36,273 nucleotides of DNA from an uncultured virus (IMG/VR IMGVR_UViG_3300031912_000001) (IMGVR_UViG_3300031912_000001), one strand, 5' to 3'; positions 7,918 through 16,879 are shown, counted from the stretch's first letter. The notes: generated from the sequence alone by a model not told the origin. A program made the numbers and translations.

Positions 7918-8090
7918 GCGGCGTACGGTTCGGACCCTTAGAGGTCTTCGTGAACTGCGACCGGGCCGGCTGCCGCGCGGAGGGGCTGATCTGGTCCGGT
8001 CAGCCCGAGGATGAGATCGGCGAGCCACCGCTGCCGCCGGCATGGACACGCGACGGCGGCAAGACCTACTGCCCGAGGCACTCCCGATGA
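7914..8090 (+). CDS. Small Zn-ribbon protein
   Basis: CDRAGC...W...YCPRH; AAAGGA RBS. Confidence 0.65.
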   Translation: MSGVRFGPLEVFVNCDRAGCRAEGLIWSGQPEDEIGEPPLPPAWTRDGGKTYCPRHSR

Positions 8091-8329
8091 GCTTTATCAA
8101 CGAGCTCTTCGACAAGATCGGGAAAGACCGCTACGAGCTCGTCGGGCTTCCTGAGCTGCCTGAGGGCGACTGGGAATGGCTCCTGTACCGCGAGGACGAT
8201 TGTGTCCATGTAGAGCTGTACGGCCCCACCGTGTGGGAGTGCTTGCCCGTCACGGTGCAGTCCCTGGACCCCGATGAGGTGCTCGCCGTGGCACGCGCCG
8301 TCTACGACGAGAGGATCGGCGATGGCTAG
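8087..8329 (+). CDS. Hypothetical phage protein
   Basis: ATGA overlap. Confidence 0.65.
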   Translation: MSFINELFDKIGKDRYELVGLPELPEGDWEWLLYREDDCVHVELYGPTVWECLPVTVQSLDPDEVLAVARAVYDERIGDG

Positions 8330-9038
8330 GCACCGCCGCGAAGACGCGCCGCTGGACCCCGACTGGGAGGCCGAGAACACCTACAGCGACGGCACCGAGG
8401 TGACCGATATCCACCCGGTGCGCGACGTGGTGGAGGTGGACATGCCGCTGGTGCAGCCCGGTGATCACATCGAGATTGGTACGTACAAGATCACGGTGTC
8501 ACCGCCGCCGCCAGAGATGGGCGAAACGTCGAGCGGGCGCGGCTATGAGAGCCTCATGCATCCGCCGATAACCGTGCCGCCCGATCCGCCGCCGCTGCAT
8601 GAAAGATTCCAACCCATGTATGCGGGCGGTCAGAATCCGCACGAGACCGCGCCGATCGCCAAGCCGATCGAGTTCACGGAGGCCGACCGGGACAGGCTGC
8701 GCCAAGAATTTGCCAAGTCCGTGGCGAAACACTCACCACTGGCGGCCAACCTGAACCCGGAGAGTCCCTCCCGCGCAGCGACCGGGAGGGACTCTTCCAA
8801 GCGTTCCAAGCGTAGCCCGACACGCATCGCGCAGGACGCCGCCGATGACATCGCTCCCGAGCTGGAGCGCAAGCACACCGGATTCTTCTGGGCGCTAACA
8901 GGTTTCCTCGTCATGGCGGCCGCGCTGGCGCTGGCGCTGTGGCTGGTGCGCGTCATCGACGGACCCAGACTATGCCACTGCCCGGCCCCGCCGACCATGA
9001 CCCAGCTTGTCCCGATCCCCAGCGGTGGTGGTCCGTGA
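8322..9038 (+). CDS. Membrane-anchored protein, Pro-rich
   Basis: GAGGA RBS; C-terminal TM helix FFWALTGFLVMAAALALALWLV. Confidence 0.7.
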   Translation: MARHRREDAPLDPDWEAENTYSDGTEVTDIHPVRDVVEVDMPLVQPGDHIEIGTYKITVSPPPPEMGETSSGRGYESLMHPPITVPPDPPPLHERFQPMYAGGQNPHETAPIAKPIEFTEADRDRLRQEFAKSVAKHSPLAANLNPESPSRAATGRDSSKRSKRSPTRIAQDAADDIAPELERKHTGFFWALTGFLVMAAALALALWLVRVIDGPRLCHCPAPPTMTQLVPIPSGGGP

Positions 9039-9196
9039 CCCTCAACGACGCCGGTAAGCCGGTGATCCTCTACATCGCGGTCTGCACCGAGTGCGGTGCG
9101 AGCGGCACCCTCAACCAGGTCGGCGGCACGATGGGCCAGCACGGGCCGACCTGCCCGGAGTATCCGCACCGCATCACCGAGGAGCCGCCGCGATGA
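9035..9196 (+). CDS. Small Cys/His protein
   Basis: GTGA overlap; CTEC...HGPTC. Confidence 0.55.
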   Translation: MTLNDAGKPVILYIAVCTECGASGTLNQVGGTMGQHGPTCPEYPHRITEEPPR

Positions 9197-9274
9197 GCCA
9201 GCACGCGACGAACGTCACGATCCTCGCTCTGAGGTCGAACCGAGGAGTTATCGGCGTGCTTTCGCAGGCATCTG

Positions 9275-9445
9275 ATGGGTATTGAGGCGTGGTGCGAGTG
9301 CAGCCACCATGAAAGGTGGCACTTCAAGGGTGGCCCATGCGCCTACGTGACCACCGTGTTGGACGACAACGGCGAATGGCAAATCGACAGCAAGGACTGC
9401 ACATGCACCCACCTTCGACTACAACACGTCGAAGTCACAGGTTAA
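9275..9445 (+). CDS. 56-aa Cys/His-rich protein MGIEAWCECSHHERWH... (not in ORF track)
   Basis: CxCxH-x4-H...C...CxC pattern; fills the gap. Confidence 0.65.
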   Translation: MGIEAWCECSHHERWHFKGGPCAYVTTVLDDNGEWQIDSKDCTCTHLRLQHVEVTG

Positions 9446-9479
9446 CGGAACGCGGCGTTATCGGCGCAGAGAGGACAGC

Positions 9480-9953
9480 ATGACAGACCTAGTACCGACC
9501 GAGGATATTGAGCGCATCGTCGGCGTAGCCCGACACTCTATTGAGCATTGGGGCCGAGCCGTTTCAGCCGAGCAGACCGTCTACATCCTGCACTCAAAAG
9601 CATGCCTGGCCAGAGGCGGGGACTTGTGCGGATGTCCCTATTCGGAAGCCCTCGACAAAGGGATCGAGATGGCACGCTGGAATGGTTATGTGGACATGGC
9701 CGTTCCGCTGTGGGTGTCAGCAGGAACCGGGCGGTTACTGCCGCTAATGGCGAATCCACGAGTAGGCACTGACGAAGACGGCACGCTAGATGACTTCCTG
9801 GCGACCGACGTGCAGATGATCCACTTTGAGGCGTTGGACGATTCGCAGTGGTACGCCACCGTCAAGCTCGCCAACGGCGAGCTTTGGCAACTTAACTTCG
9901 GCGCGATCAACACCCGCGCCAGGGGCTACGCCCGAGCCGAGCAAGTGTCATGA
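9480..9953 (+). CDS. Hypothetical phage protein, possibly two modules fused at Met 9748
   Basis: GAGAGGA RBS; two compositionally distinct halves. Confidence 0.7.
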   Translation: MTDLVPTEDIERIVGVARHSIEHWGRAVSAEQTVYILHSKACLARGGDLCGCPYSEALDKGIEMARWNGYVDMAVPLWVSAGTGRLLPLMANPRVGTDEDGTLDDFLATDVQMIHFEALDDSQWYATVKLANGELWQLNFGAINTRARGYARAEQVS

Positions 9954-10114
9954 TGCGGTAGCGGCCCCTCGTGCTCGCGATTCAGGCTTTCATCTGCGTG
10001 CAGGTCGGCAGGATTCGCCTCGACCAGCTCGTCATCCGAGGCTGGATCGGCCACGAACTCAAGCGGCGCCGCGACCAGCAGTCACGAAGCGGCGGTCGTT
10101 GGGGTTCACCGTGA
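9950..10114 (+). pseudogene. Small ORF with an in-frame TAG at codon 4
   Basis: ATG ATG CGG TAG CGG CCC CTC GTG... with ATGA and GTGA couplings at both ends. Confidence 0.45.
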
Positions 10115-10347
10115 CCGACGAGGAGAAATACGCGAAAGCGCAGGACTTTATAGACAGGATGATCGCCGACTACTGCGACGATGAACACCGATGGGCCAGA
10201 AGTGAGAAGCCCCCGCGTCCCAAGCACGTTGACGCCGCCGAAATCGCCGCCGGCTTATATGGACTCATGACCGACCAGCCCGACCTGTCCTCCTGGCTGA
10301 TGGCGGTGGCGATCATGCGGTTGGGCGAGGATTGGGCGCGGCGATGA
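10111..10347 (+). CDS. Hypothetical phage protein
   Basis: GTGA overlap start (MTDEEKY...). Confidence 0.6.
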   Translation: MTDEEKYAKAQDFIDRMIADYCDDEHRWARSEKPPRPKHVDAAEIAAGLYGLMTDQPDLSSWLMAVAIMRLGEDWARR

Positions 10348-10466
10348 AGATCTGCGCGTTCTGCGGGCGCACCGGCCGCAAACAGTTCCGGTTCATTCCT
10401 ACGATCGGCTGGATCTGCACCGGCGCCTATGCCTGCCAGCGCCGCATCAGGGTGGGTGGGCGATGA
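10344..10466 (+). CDS. 40-aa Zn-finger microprotein MKICAFCGR...CTGAYAC (not in ORF track)
   Basis: GAGGA RBS, ATGA couplings at both ends. Confidence 0.65.
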   Translation: MKICAFCGRTGRKQFRFIPTIGWICTGAYACQRRIRVGGR

Positions 10467-10693
10467 GCACGTTCACCTGCGCGTCCTGCGGCGAAGAGTT
10501 CGACACACCGGAGGGCTGGACCGACGCCGACGCCCGCGCCGAATACGAACGCGATTTCGGCAGGCCGGCCCGGCCCGGCGAGGCCGACGGCACGGTGTGC
10601 GACGACTGCTACGTCAAGATCATCAGGTGGGCGCGGGCCACGGGGCGGCTTCCGGCGCGTGAAACACCGGAAACGGGACCCGCCGGACCATAA
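10463..10693 (+). CDS. Small Zn-finger protein
   Basis: CASC...VCDDC. Confidence 0.7.
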   Translation: MSTFTCASCGEEFDTPEGWTDADARAEYERDFGRPARPGEADGTVCDDCYVKIIRWARATGRLPARETPETGPAGP

Positions 10694-10889
10694 TCAACCC
10701 GTGAAGATGCGGATTCACAGCCCAGGCACCATCCACTGCTGCATCTGCCTCAACCGCGGCGAATGGATCGCTGCGACCACCACGGTCAAGGGCTATTCGG
10801 TGTGCCCAGAGCACGTCGAGCTGGTGTCACGGCCTAATTTCGACATCTTCGATCTTCTGCCCCGCAAGCATGGGAGCCACCAGGTATGA
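10659..10889 (+). CDS. Small Zn-finger protein (start uncertain)
   Basis: CCIC...VCPEH. Confidence 0.6.
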   Translation: MKHRKRDPPDHNQPVKMRIHSPGTIHCCICLNRGEWIAATTTVKGYSVCPEHVELVSRPNFDIFDLLPRKHGSHQV

Positions 10890-11326
10890 CCGAAACCGAA
10901 ACGCCGCTGCCCGAGGGTGCCACCGTGCAGATCGTCGGCGACCCGTCCGTGCCGACCGGGGTGTGGCACCTGGTCGAATTCGGCACCTGGCAGATCAGCA
11001 TCGGCCCCGACGGACTCATCCAGCTGCCGAGATCGCTGCTGGCCCGCGAGGTCACAGATTTCGTCGGGGCGATCACCGCGGCCGCGCAGGTCGCCGCCCG
11101 TGTCGTCGCCGACAACGAAGCCAGAGCCGCCGGCGACAACCGTGCTCTGCCGCCCGGACGCGCGATCGTCACCGAGGGACCCCCGCCGGCCGGGGCGACG
11201 CCGATGGTCGTCACCGCCGGCCCCGGCAAGCTGCCACCGAACCAGCTACCGCAGGCCGCCAGGGCCACCATCGGGCGTCCCAGACGCGGCGAGCGGCGCA
11301 TCGCACCACCGGGAGCACGGGTATGA
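10886..11326 (+). CDS. Hypothetical phage protein
   Basis: ATGA overlap, GC3-rich. Confidence 0.7.
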   Translation: MTETETPLPEGATVQIVGDPSVPTGVWHLVEFGTWQISIGPDGLIQLPRSLLAREVTDFVGAITAAAQVAARVVADNEARAAGDNRALPPGRAIVTEGPPPAGATPMVVTAGPGKLPPNQLPQAARATIGRPRRGERRIAPPGARV

Positions 11327-11475
11327 CCGAACAGTTCGACATCACGATCCACCGCAGCCAACTGATCCCCGGCGGGCACGGCGCACGCATCGGCTTCTCC
11401 GACGACTTCCCCGACAGACAGTTCCTCATCATCCCCGAAAGGCCAGACGATGCCGTGGAACATCGTGAAATCTGA
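11323..11475 (+). CDS. Small hypothetical protein
   Basis: GGAG RBS, ATGA overlap. Confidence 0.5.
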   Translation: MTEQFDITIHRSQLIPGGHGARIGFSDDFPDRQFLIIPERPDDAVEHREI

Positions 11476-11659
11476 CGAGCGTTGCCCCGCCTCCAAGCCG
11501 TATGCCGTGGTAGGCGGGCGTTCCGGCAATGCCCTGTTCGGCTGCCACGACACCAAGGAGTCTGCCCAGAACCAACAGAAGGCACTTTATTCACAAGCCG
11601 ATGATGAACGCGCCGATCCACCCGTGTGCTACACCGTCCCGTCCAGTGTCGCCTGGTGA
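11450..11659 (+). CDS. Small protein with MPW...AVV...GCH.T...A..Q..ALY motif (seen in phage head-associated proteins)
   Basis: GAAAGG RBS; motif recognition. Confidence 0.6.
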   Translation: MPWNIVKSDERCPASKPYAVVGGRSGNALFGCHDTKESAQNQQKALYSQADDERADPPVCYTVPSSVAW

Positions 11660-11694
11660 CCGGAATCGCCGCCCCCTACCCGAAGGACAGCTCG

Positions 11695-12057
11695 ATGCCC
11701 ACCGCCAAGAAAGCCCCCGCCAAGAAGACCGCACCGTCACGCCAGCAGGTCGTCAAGTCCCAACCCAGGAACGTCGAGATCCGCATCGACGGGAAGATCC
11801 GGTTCGCCAACCTGTGCTACGATCCGACCTTCGAGATCGCCGACGACGGCAGCAGTATCTGGTTCCGCGCGGACCTCGAGCCGACCTGGGTCGAACAGAC
11901 ACTGCCCCCACCGACCCGGTTCGTCACCCGTGAAGATCCCCGCGACGGCGACGAAATCATCATGCGGGTGCATTCCGGGCGCCGCGACATCGTCGAACCC
12001 GGCGACACCGCCCTGGACGACGAGGCCGGTGTGGAACCCGAAACCGAGGAGCTATGA
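11695..12057 (+). CDS. Hypothetical protein with histone-like AKKAPAKK N-terminus and acidic C-terminus
   Basis: GAAGGA RBS before ATG 11695. Confidence 0.75.
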   Translation: MPTAKKAPAKKTAPSRQQVVKSQPRNVEIRIDGKIRFANLCYDPTFEIADDGSSIWFRADLEPTWVEQTLPPPTRFVTREDPRDGDEIIMRVHSGRRDIVEPGDTALDDEAGVEPETEEL

Positions 12058-13226
12058 CCTACCCCGTCGCAGCTGCGTTCACCGGCGACGGCCACTTCTG
12101 CAGCCAGCTGCCCGCGATCCCGCCGGGTCCACCGCCGCCGACCTGTCAGGTCGAGGCCATCGTGTTCGTCACCGCCGCGTTTTCGGGCGGCAGCGCCCTG
12201 TGCAGCGGCTGCGAACCACCACCACCACCGCCGCCGCCGGGCTGCGCCTGCAACGTCGCGATCGGCCTGGCGCCGCAGCTCGCCAGCGTCGGCACCGCCG
12301 CCGCGCTGGTTGGCCCCTACAGCGTCCAACTGTTCGAGGTCACCGGCACCTTCTACGCCATCGCCGACCCGTCGGTCTCCGGCACCATCAACGACCCAAT
12401 GATCCAGCCGATCAACGCGCTGTGCTCCTTCACACCGCGCCTGCCGGCCGGCTATCAAGCGTTCATCGCCGACTACCTGGTGTCCAACGCGTACAACGCC
12501 CAGCAGATCGTCTCCATGATCGGCAACCCGATCATGGGTGTGTGGTGGCTGAACTTCTACGGCCAGATCACCGGGGAAATGCCGTTCGACGTGTCCCCCG
12601 CCGCGCTGCAGATCGAGCTTGAGTCGCTGTCCAACATCGGCACCGGCAACGTCAACGTGGTCGCCGGCATCAACCCGCAAAGCTATGACATTGAGTGGAC
12701 CGGCACGCTGGGCAACACCGCGATGCTGCCGCTGGTGCCGACCTGGAGCGATTTGATCGACGTCAACGGTTACGATTGCACCATCACGGTGGTCACCACC
12801 GCGGTCGGTTCACCTCAGATCACCGCTCCGACAAGCATTTCCATCCCCACCCGGCAAGCCCGCATCATGGCCGGCGTGCTTTCCACGATTGATTACGTCG
12901 ACACCCCGGGTGTGCAGTTGGTGTCCAACAGTCCGCTGCTCGCGCTGCCCAGCCCCTGGTATCCGCTCATCTATGACGTCGCGTTCTCGGCGGTCACGTT
13001 CAACGACGCCAACCAGGTCATGGCTAATTTCGCGTTCGTCGCCCCACCCGACAACACCACCGTGTGCATCAGCGACCCGGCGCTGGAGAAGCTGAACTAC
13101 GCCGCGCCGATCACCGACCTGTGGGTGCCGCAGGCCGAGGAGCCCTACGAGATGCCCGGCGCGCAGGTGGTGACGCTGTCCGGCTGGCGTCAACGCGCCG
13201 CCCAACAAAAGGTACGCCTCGGGTGA
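12054..13226 (+). CDS. Virion structural / minor-tail-like protein
   Basis: NAQQIV...LNFYGQITGEMPFD...LQIELESLSNIGTGNVNV...YDIEWTGTL beta-rich module typical of actinophage tail proteins; poly-Pro linkers. Confidence 0.6.
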   Translation: MTYPVAAAFTGDGHFCSQLPAIPPGPPPPTCQVEAIVFVTAAFSGGSALCSGCEPPPPPPPPGCACNVAIGLAPQLASVGTAAALVGPYSVQLFEVTGTFYAIADPSVSGTINDPMIQPINALCSFTPRLPAGYQAFIADYLVSNAYNAQQIVSMIGNPIMGVWWLNFYGQITGEMPFDVSPAALQIELESLSNIGTGNVNVVAGINPQSYDIEWTGTLGNTAMLPLVPTWSDLIDVNGYDCTITVVTTAVGSPQITAPTSISIPTRQARIMAGVLSTIDYVDTPGVQLVSNSPLLALPSPWYPLIYDVAFSAVTFNDANQVMANFAFVAPPDNTTVCISDPALEKLNYAAPITDLWVPQAEEPYEMPGAQVVTLSGWRQRAAQQKVRLG

Positions 13227-13606
13227 TGAGCGACGACCTCTACAACGACACCGTCGAAACCGACGCGTCGATCAAGTGGGTGCGCCGCCCAACCAACACC
13301 CGCACCGTGCGCTCCAACCACGAATACAAGACCGCCCGCGACGCCTACCGCGCGCAGTGCGCGGTGCGCCGCCAGCCCGACGGCACCGCCGGCGACCCGT
13401 GCATCATCTGCTCGGAGCCGATCAACTATTCGCTGCAGTATCCGCATCCGTTCTCGTGGTCGCTCGAGCATCTCGTCACCGTGAAGGAGCGGCCCGAATT
13501 GTTGCTGGACAAAAACAACTGGGGCAGTTCGCATTTCGGCTGCAATTCGATGCGCGGGCCCGAGGAGCTGGTGCCCGACACCGGCGAACCCAGCGAGGAG
13601 TGGTAA
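13226..13606 (+). CDS. HNH endonuclease (packaging-associated type)
   Basis: CIIC.EPINY...SLEH...PELLLD..N...SHFGCN..RG. Confidence 0.85.
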   Translation: MSDDLYNDTVETDASIKWVRRPTNTRTVRSNHEYKTARDAYRAQCAVRRQPDGTAGDPCIICSEPINYSLQYPHPFSWSLEHLVTVKERPELLLDKNNWGSSHFGCNSMRGPEELVPDTGEPSEEW

Positions 13607-13809
13607 TGACCGACGACTGGCAGGAGCGGCTGCGCCGCGAGTTCACCGAACTGGGCGAGCGGGTTGAAAAGCTGCGCGCGTTCATCGGCAGCCCGGGGTT
13701 CTTCGCGCTGTCCGAGGTCGAGCGCAACGACCTGACCGAGCAGGAGACGCACATGACCCGCTACGGTCATGTGCTGCTGCGCCGCGTGATCCGCGCTGAT
13801 GTTCATTGA
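13606..13809 (+). CDS. crAss001_48-like small helical phage protein
   Basis: QERL..E..EL.ERVEKL.AFI....F..L...E...L..Q...M..Y..VL..R pattern. Confidence 0.7.
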   Translation: MTDDWQERLRREFTELGERVEKLRAFIGSPGFFALSEVERNDLTEQETHMTRYGHVLLRRVIRADVH

Positions 13810-13969
13810 GACCCAACTCAACACGCGGCGGCTGCGTGAAGGGGACACCATCAAACTGGTCGCCGGCGGCCTGATGCGGGTCATGAAGATCGCCCGCATC
13901 GAGGAGGCCCCCGGGGTGCCGGTCAGCGCGCTGACCACCTTCACGATCCACTGCGTCGACGACGTGTAG
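13799..13969 (+). CDS. 56-aa hypothetical protein MFIETQLNTRRLREGD... (not in ORF track)
   Basis: GC3-rich frame filling the gap. Confidence 0.55.
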   Translation: MFIETQLNTRRLREGDTIKLVAGGLMRVMKIARIEEAPGVPVSALTTFTIHCVDDV

Positions 13970-14024
13970 CGACACACCCCACCGATAAGGTAACGGCAAA
14001 CCGCGTGCGGGTTAGCCTTATCGG

Positions 14025-14411
14025 GTGCTCGAACACTGGCGTCCCGTGCTGGACCCACGTTTCAGCCGCGCCTACCAAGCATCCGACCACGGCCGTATCC
14101 GGTCGATACCACGTCAGGTCGCCGGGCGCATCGGCCGTGACGGTGTGTACTCGACGCGCACCGTGCAGGGCAAGATCCTCTCGCCGCGCGTGCGGCGCGA
14201 CGGCACCCGCAGCGTTCATCTGTGGCTGGAGAACGAGTACGTCGAGATCCCGGTCAGGCGGCTGATTCTCGAGGCGTTCACCGGGCGCCCGCAGCCGCTG
14301 GGCTACGACGCCCGCAACATCGACAATGATCCCGCCAACAACGCGTTAACGAATCTGCGGTGGGTGCCCGTCGGTGGGCTCGCGCTGCTGCACCAGCAGC
14401 TCAACCGCTGA
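14025..14411 (+). CDS. NUMOD4/HNH homing-endonuclease-like protein, catalytically degenerate
   Basis: EHWRPV...YQASDHGRIRS (NUMOD4); VRRLILEAF...RNIDNDPANNALTNLRW lacks the usual His residues. Confidence 0.8.
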   Translation: MLEHWRPVLDPRFSRAYQASDHGRIRSIPRQVAGRIGRDGVYSTRTVQGKILSPRVRRDGTRSVHLWLENEYVEIPVRRLILEAFTGRPQPLGYDARNIDNDPANNALTNLRWVPVGGLALLHQQLNR

Positions 14412-14435
14412 CCTCCCACGAGAACGGAACCGGGT

Positions 14436-15248
14436 ATGCAACATATCGTGATGTTTTCGGGTGGTATCGGGTCGTGGTGCGCCGCCAAACGCGTCGCCGA
14501 AACGTATGGCACCGAGCAGATGACGCTGTTGTTCGCCGACGTGAAGGGCGACACCGACGAGCCCCACGTCGGTGAGGACGAGGACACCTACCGGTTCCTT
14601 ACCGAGGCCGCCGCCAATGTCGGCGCGCCGCTGGTGCGCGTCGCCGACGGGCGCAACATTTGGCAGATCTTCCACGACAAGCGATACCTCGGTAACTCGA
14701 GGCAGGCCAACTGCAGCCATCTGCTCAAGCAGATGCCGTGCCGGCGGTGGATCGAAGCCAACTACCCCGACCCGAGCACCGCGACCATCTACGTCGGCAT
14801 CGACTGGTCCGAATATCACCGGCTGCCCGCCATCGAAGAAGGCCACCGGCCCTATGTGGCGAAGGCGCCGCTGTGCGACCCGCCGTATCTGGACAAGCGG
14901 CACATGCTGAACTGGTGCCGCTACGAGGGCATCAAACCGCCCCGCGCGTATGCGCTGGGGATGCCGCACAACAACTGCGGCGGCGGCTGCGTGCGCGCCG
15001 GCCAAGCCCAATTCGAGAAACTGCTCACGGTGATGCCCGAGCGTTACGCGGTGTGGGAAGCCAAGGAGCAGGAGCTGCGCGACTATCTCGGCAAGGACGT
15101 GGCGATCCTGCGGGACTGGGCCGGCGGCGGCGGACCCATCACCTTGAAGGAGTTTCGGGAACGCGTGCAGGTGCAGCCGTCGCTGTTCGACGAGTTCGAT
15201 TTCGGCGGCTGCGGCTGTTTCACCGCGTCCTTCGAGGAACCGTCCTGA
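14436..15248 (+). CDS. PAPS-reductase-like / PP-loop adenine-nucleotide alpha-hydrolase protein
   Basis: N-terminal MFSGGIGS PP-loop, EDEDTYRFL, CS..LK, HNNCGGGCVRAG, C-terminal GGCGCF. Confidence 0.8.
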   Translation: MQHIVMFSGGIGSWCAAKRVAETYGTEQMTLLFADVKGDTDEPHVGEDEDTYRFLTEAAANVGAPLVRVADGRNIWQIFHDKRYLGNSRQANCSHLLKQMPCRRWIEANYPDPSTATIYVGIDWSEYHRLPAIEEGHRPYVAKAPLCDPPYLDKRHMLNWCRYEGIKPPRAYALGMPHNNCGGGCVRAGQAQFEKLLTVMPERYAVWEAKEQELRDYLGKDVAILRDWAGGGGPITLKEFRERVQVQPSLFDEFDFGGCGCFTASFEEPS

Positions 15249-15478
15249 TGGCCGGCGGGATTGAGATCACCGCCCGTTACCGGATCAAATGCGATCGCTG
15301 CGAGGTGTTCGCCGAAAACCAGGACGTCGAGTACCGCCGGCTCGCCGCCGCTTTGGACGCGCGGGAACGCATCGCGAAGTTCGAGGGCTGGCTGCTGCGC
15401 TGGGATGGGCCGTTCCCCACCCTGCTGTGCCCCGAGTGTGCCGCCGACGAACCCGTAGATGTCGGACGCCGGTTCTAG
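15248..15478 (+). CDS. Small Zn-ribbon protein
   Basis: CDRC...GW...LCPEC; TGATG coupling. Confidence 0.65.
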   Translation: MAGGIEITARYRIKCDRCEVFAENQDVEYRRLAAALDARERIAKFEGWLLRWDGPFPTLLCPECAADEPVDVGRRF

Positions 15479-15518
15479 TATCTGCAGTGCCATGTGAAAC
15501 CCACGAGAAAGGAAACCG

Positions 15519-15911
15519 ATGAGCGAAATCAGCCTGTCCGGCGCGCTTCCCCGCGGCGACGCCAACGGTTTGGGAATCATCGTCAAAAGCTTGATCCGCG
15601 ACCCCGAACGCATCCACGCGCTGCTGGTGTTGGTGGACACCACGAAGCTGGTGACTCATGTCGACACCGGCGAATGTGTGCCGGTGATGCGGATACGGCG
15701 CGCGGAGGTGATCCGCGACGACGACCTCAAGGAAGCGCAGCGGCTGATCCGCCGGTCCTGGGAGCAACGCAACGGTGAACAGGTGTTGCCGCTCGAGATG
15801 GAGGACGACCTCAAAGCCATCTTCGATTCCGTTGTCGAGCCCGAACCCGAAGTCCCCGAGGAGCCCGCCGGCCCCGACGAGGACGAGGGCGACGGCGATG
15901 CGCAGCTATGA
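15519..15911 (+). CDS. Hypothetical phage protein with acidic tail
   Basis: CCCACGAGAAAGG before ATG. Confidence 0.8.
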   Translation: MSEISLSGALPRGDANGLGIIVKSLIRDPERIHALLVLVDTTKLVTHVDTGECVPVMRIRRAEVIRDDDLKEAQRLIRRSWEQRNGEQVLPLEMEDDLKAIFDSVVEPEPEVPEEPAGPDEDEGDGDAQL

Positions 15912-16332
15912 CGAGATCTACGAAACCGCCCGCGACATACCGCCGTTCAGCAATGGCACCGAGTGGGAGTTGTGGTCGGTGAATTGGTGCTTCGCTCCCT
16001 GCCACAATCCGGTGGAGGTGGCGTGGCAACGCTACGAAGAGGGCAAGCGCAAGACCGTGCCCAAGGACTTCCCTGGCGGCTGCCCGTTGATCCAGTGCGC
16101 GATGATGGGCCGCACTCCGACCGAGTGGCTCGAGCAGCCCGATGGATACCCACGCGACTATCACTGTCTCGAATTCCGCGGCCCCGATGACGGTGATGAT
16201 CCGTTCGATTCGCCGGCTCCGCGGCCGCCGCGCGCCAAACGTGAACCTAAAGATATGGACGGGTTGTTTGAGCGCCCACAGCGGCGCCGGCGGATGCTCA
16301 AACAACCCGAGCCGCAGGAGATCCTCGTATGA
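15898..16332 (+). CDS. Hypothetical Cys-containing phage protein
   Basis: FSNGTE...W...WC...C...GCP...C.EF pattern. Confidence 0.7.
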   Translation: MRSYDEIYETARDIPPFSNGTEWELWSVNWCFAPCHNPVEVAWQRYEEGKRKTVPKDFPGGCPLIQCAMMGRTPTEWLEQPDGYPRDYHCLEFRGPDDGDDPFDSPAPRPPRAKREPKDMDGLFERPQRRRRMLKQPEPQEILV

Positions 16333-16808
16333 CCTGCCCCACCTGCCCGCACGCACCGCACGAGGGCTGGTGCCAGTCCTCGTCGTGCCGCTGTTTCGCG
16401 CACGCATCGTTCGCGCCGCCCCGCGCCCACCGCGACGACGTGGAAACCAGCCACTACGCCGCCGCCACCAACATCACCAGCGACACCCATCAATGGATGA
16501 TCCTGGTGGCGCACGGCGACGCAAAGCGTGACGAGCCCGGCTATCGGGGATTCACCGACGAGCAATCCGGGCTTCGCACCGGGTTGGAAACGGTGGAAGC
16601 TCGGCGCCGCTGCAACAACCTGCGTGACTGGGGATACCTCGAGTTCACCGAGGAAATTCGGATGGGAATTGCCTATCCCACCAAGCCTCAGAAGGTCTCG
16701 ATCATCACCGCGGCCGGGCTGGCGCAGCTTGGACGCCAACCGGTCCCAACGCTCGTTCGGGTGGCCCAGGCCGAGTGGGATGACGCCGAGCAGGGCGAGC
16801 TCTGGTGA
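16329..16808 (+). CDS. Winged-helix DNA-binding protein with N-terminal Cys/His cluster
   Basis: GFTDEQ...ARRRCNNLRDWGYLE...IT.AG; CPTCPH..H...C....C.C. Confidence 0.65.
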   Translation: MTCPTCPHAPHEGWCQSSSCRCFAHASFAPPRAHRDDVETSHYAAATNITSDTHQWMILVAHGDAKRDEPGYRGFTDEQSGLRTGLETVEARRRCNNLRDWGYLEFTEEIRMGIAYPTKPQKVSIITAAGLAQLGRQPVPTLVRVAQAEWDDAEQGELW

Positions 16809-16842
16809 GCATCAGCGTGTCAACACCAAAATGCATCACCAG

Positions 16843-16879
16843 CAGCAGCACTGGTGTAGTGTTGGGTTTACCGTTACCG
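16843..16879 (+). promoter_or_regulatory. Variant phage promoter motif (CAGCAGCACTG-GTG-TAGTGT) followed by GTTTACCGTTACC box
   Basis: Same dyad-to--10 spacing as the other copies; intergenic. Confidence 0.5.

Noticed and set aside
12215..12240. CCA/CCG triplet run as a contingency repeat
   Set aside because: Encodes an in-frame poly-proline linker
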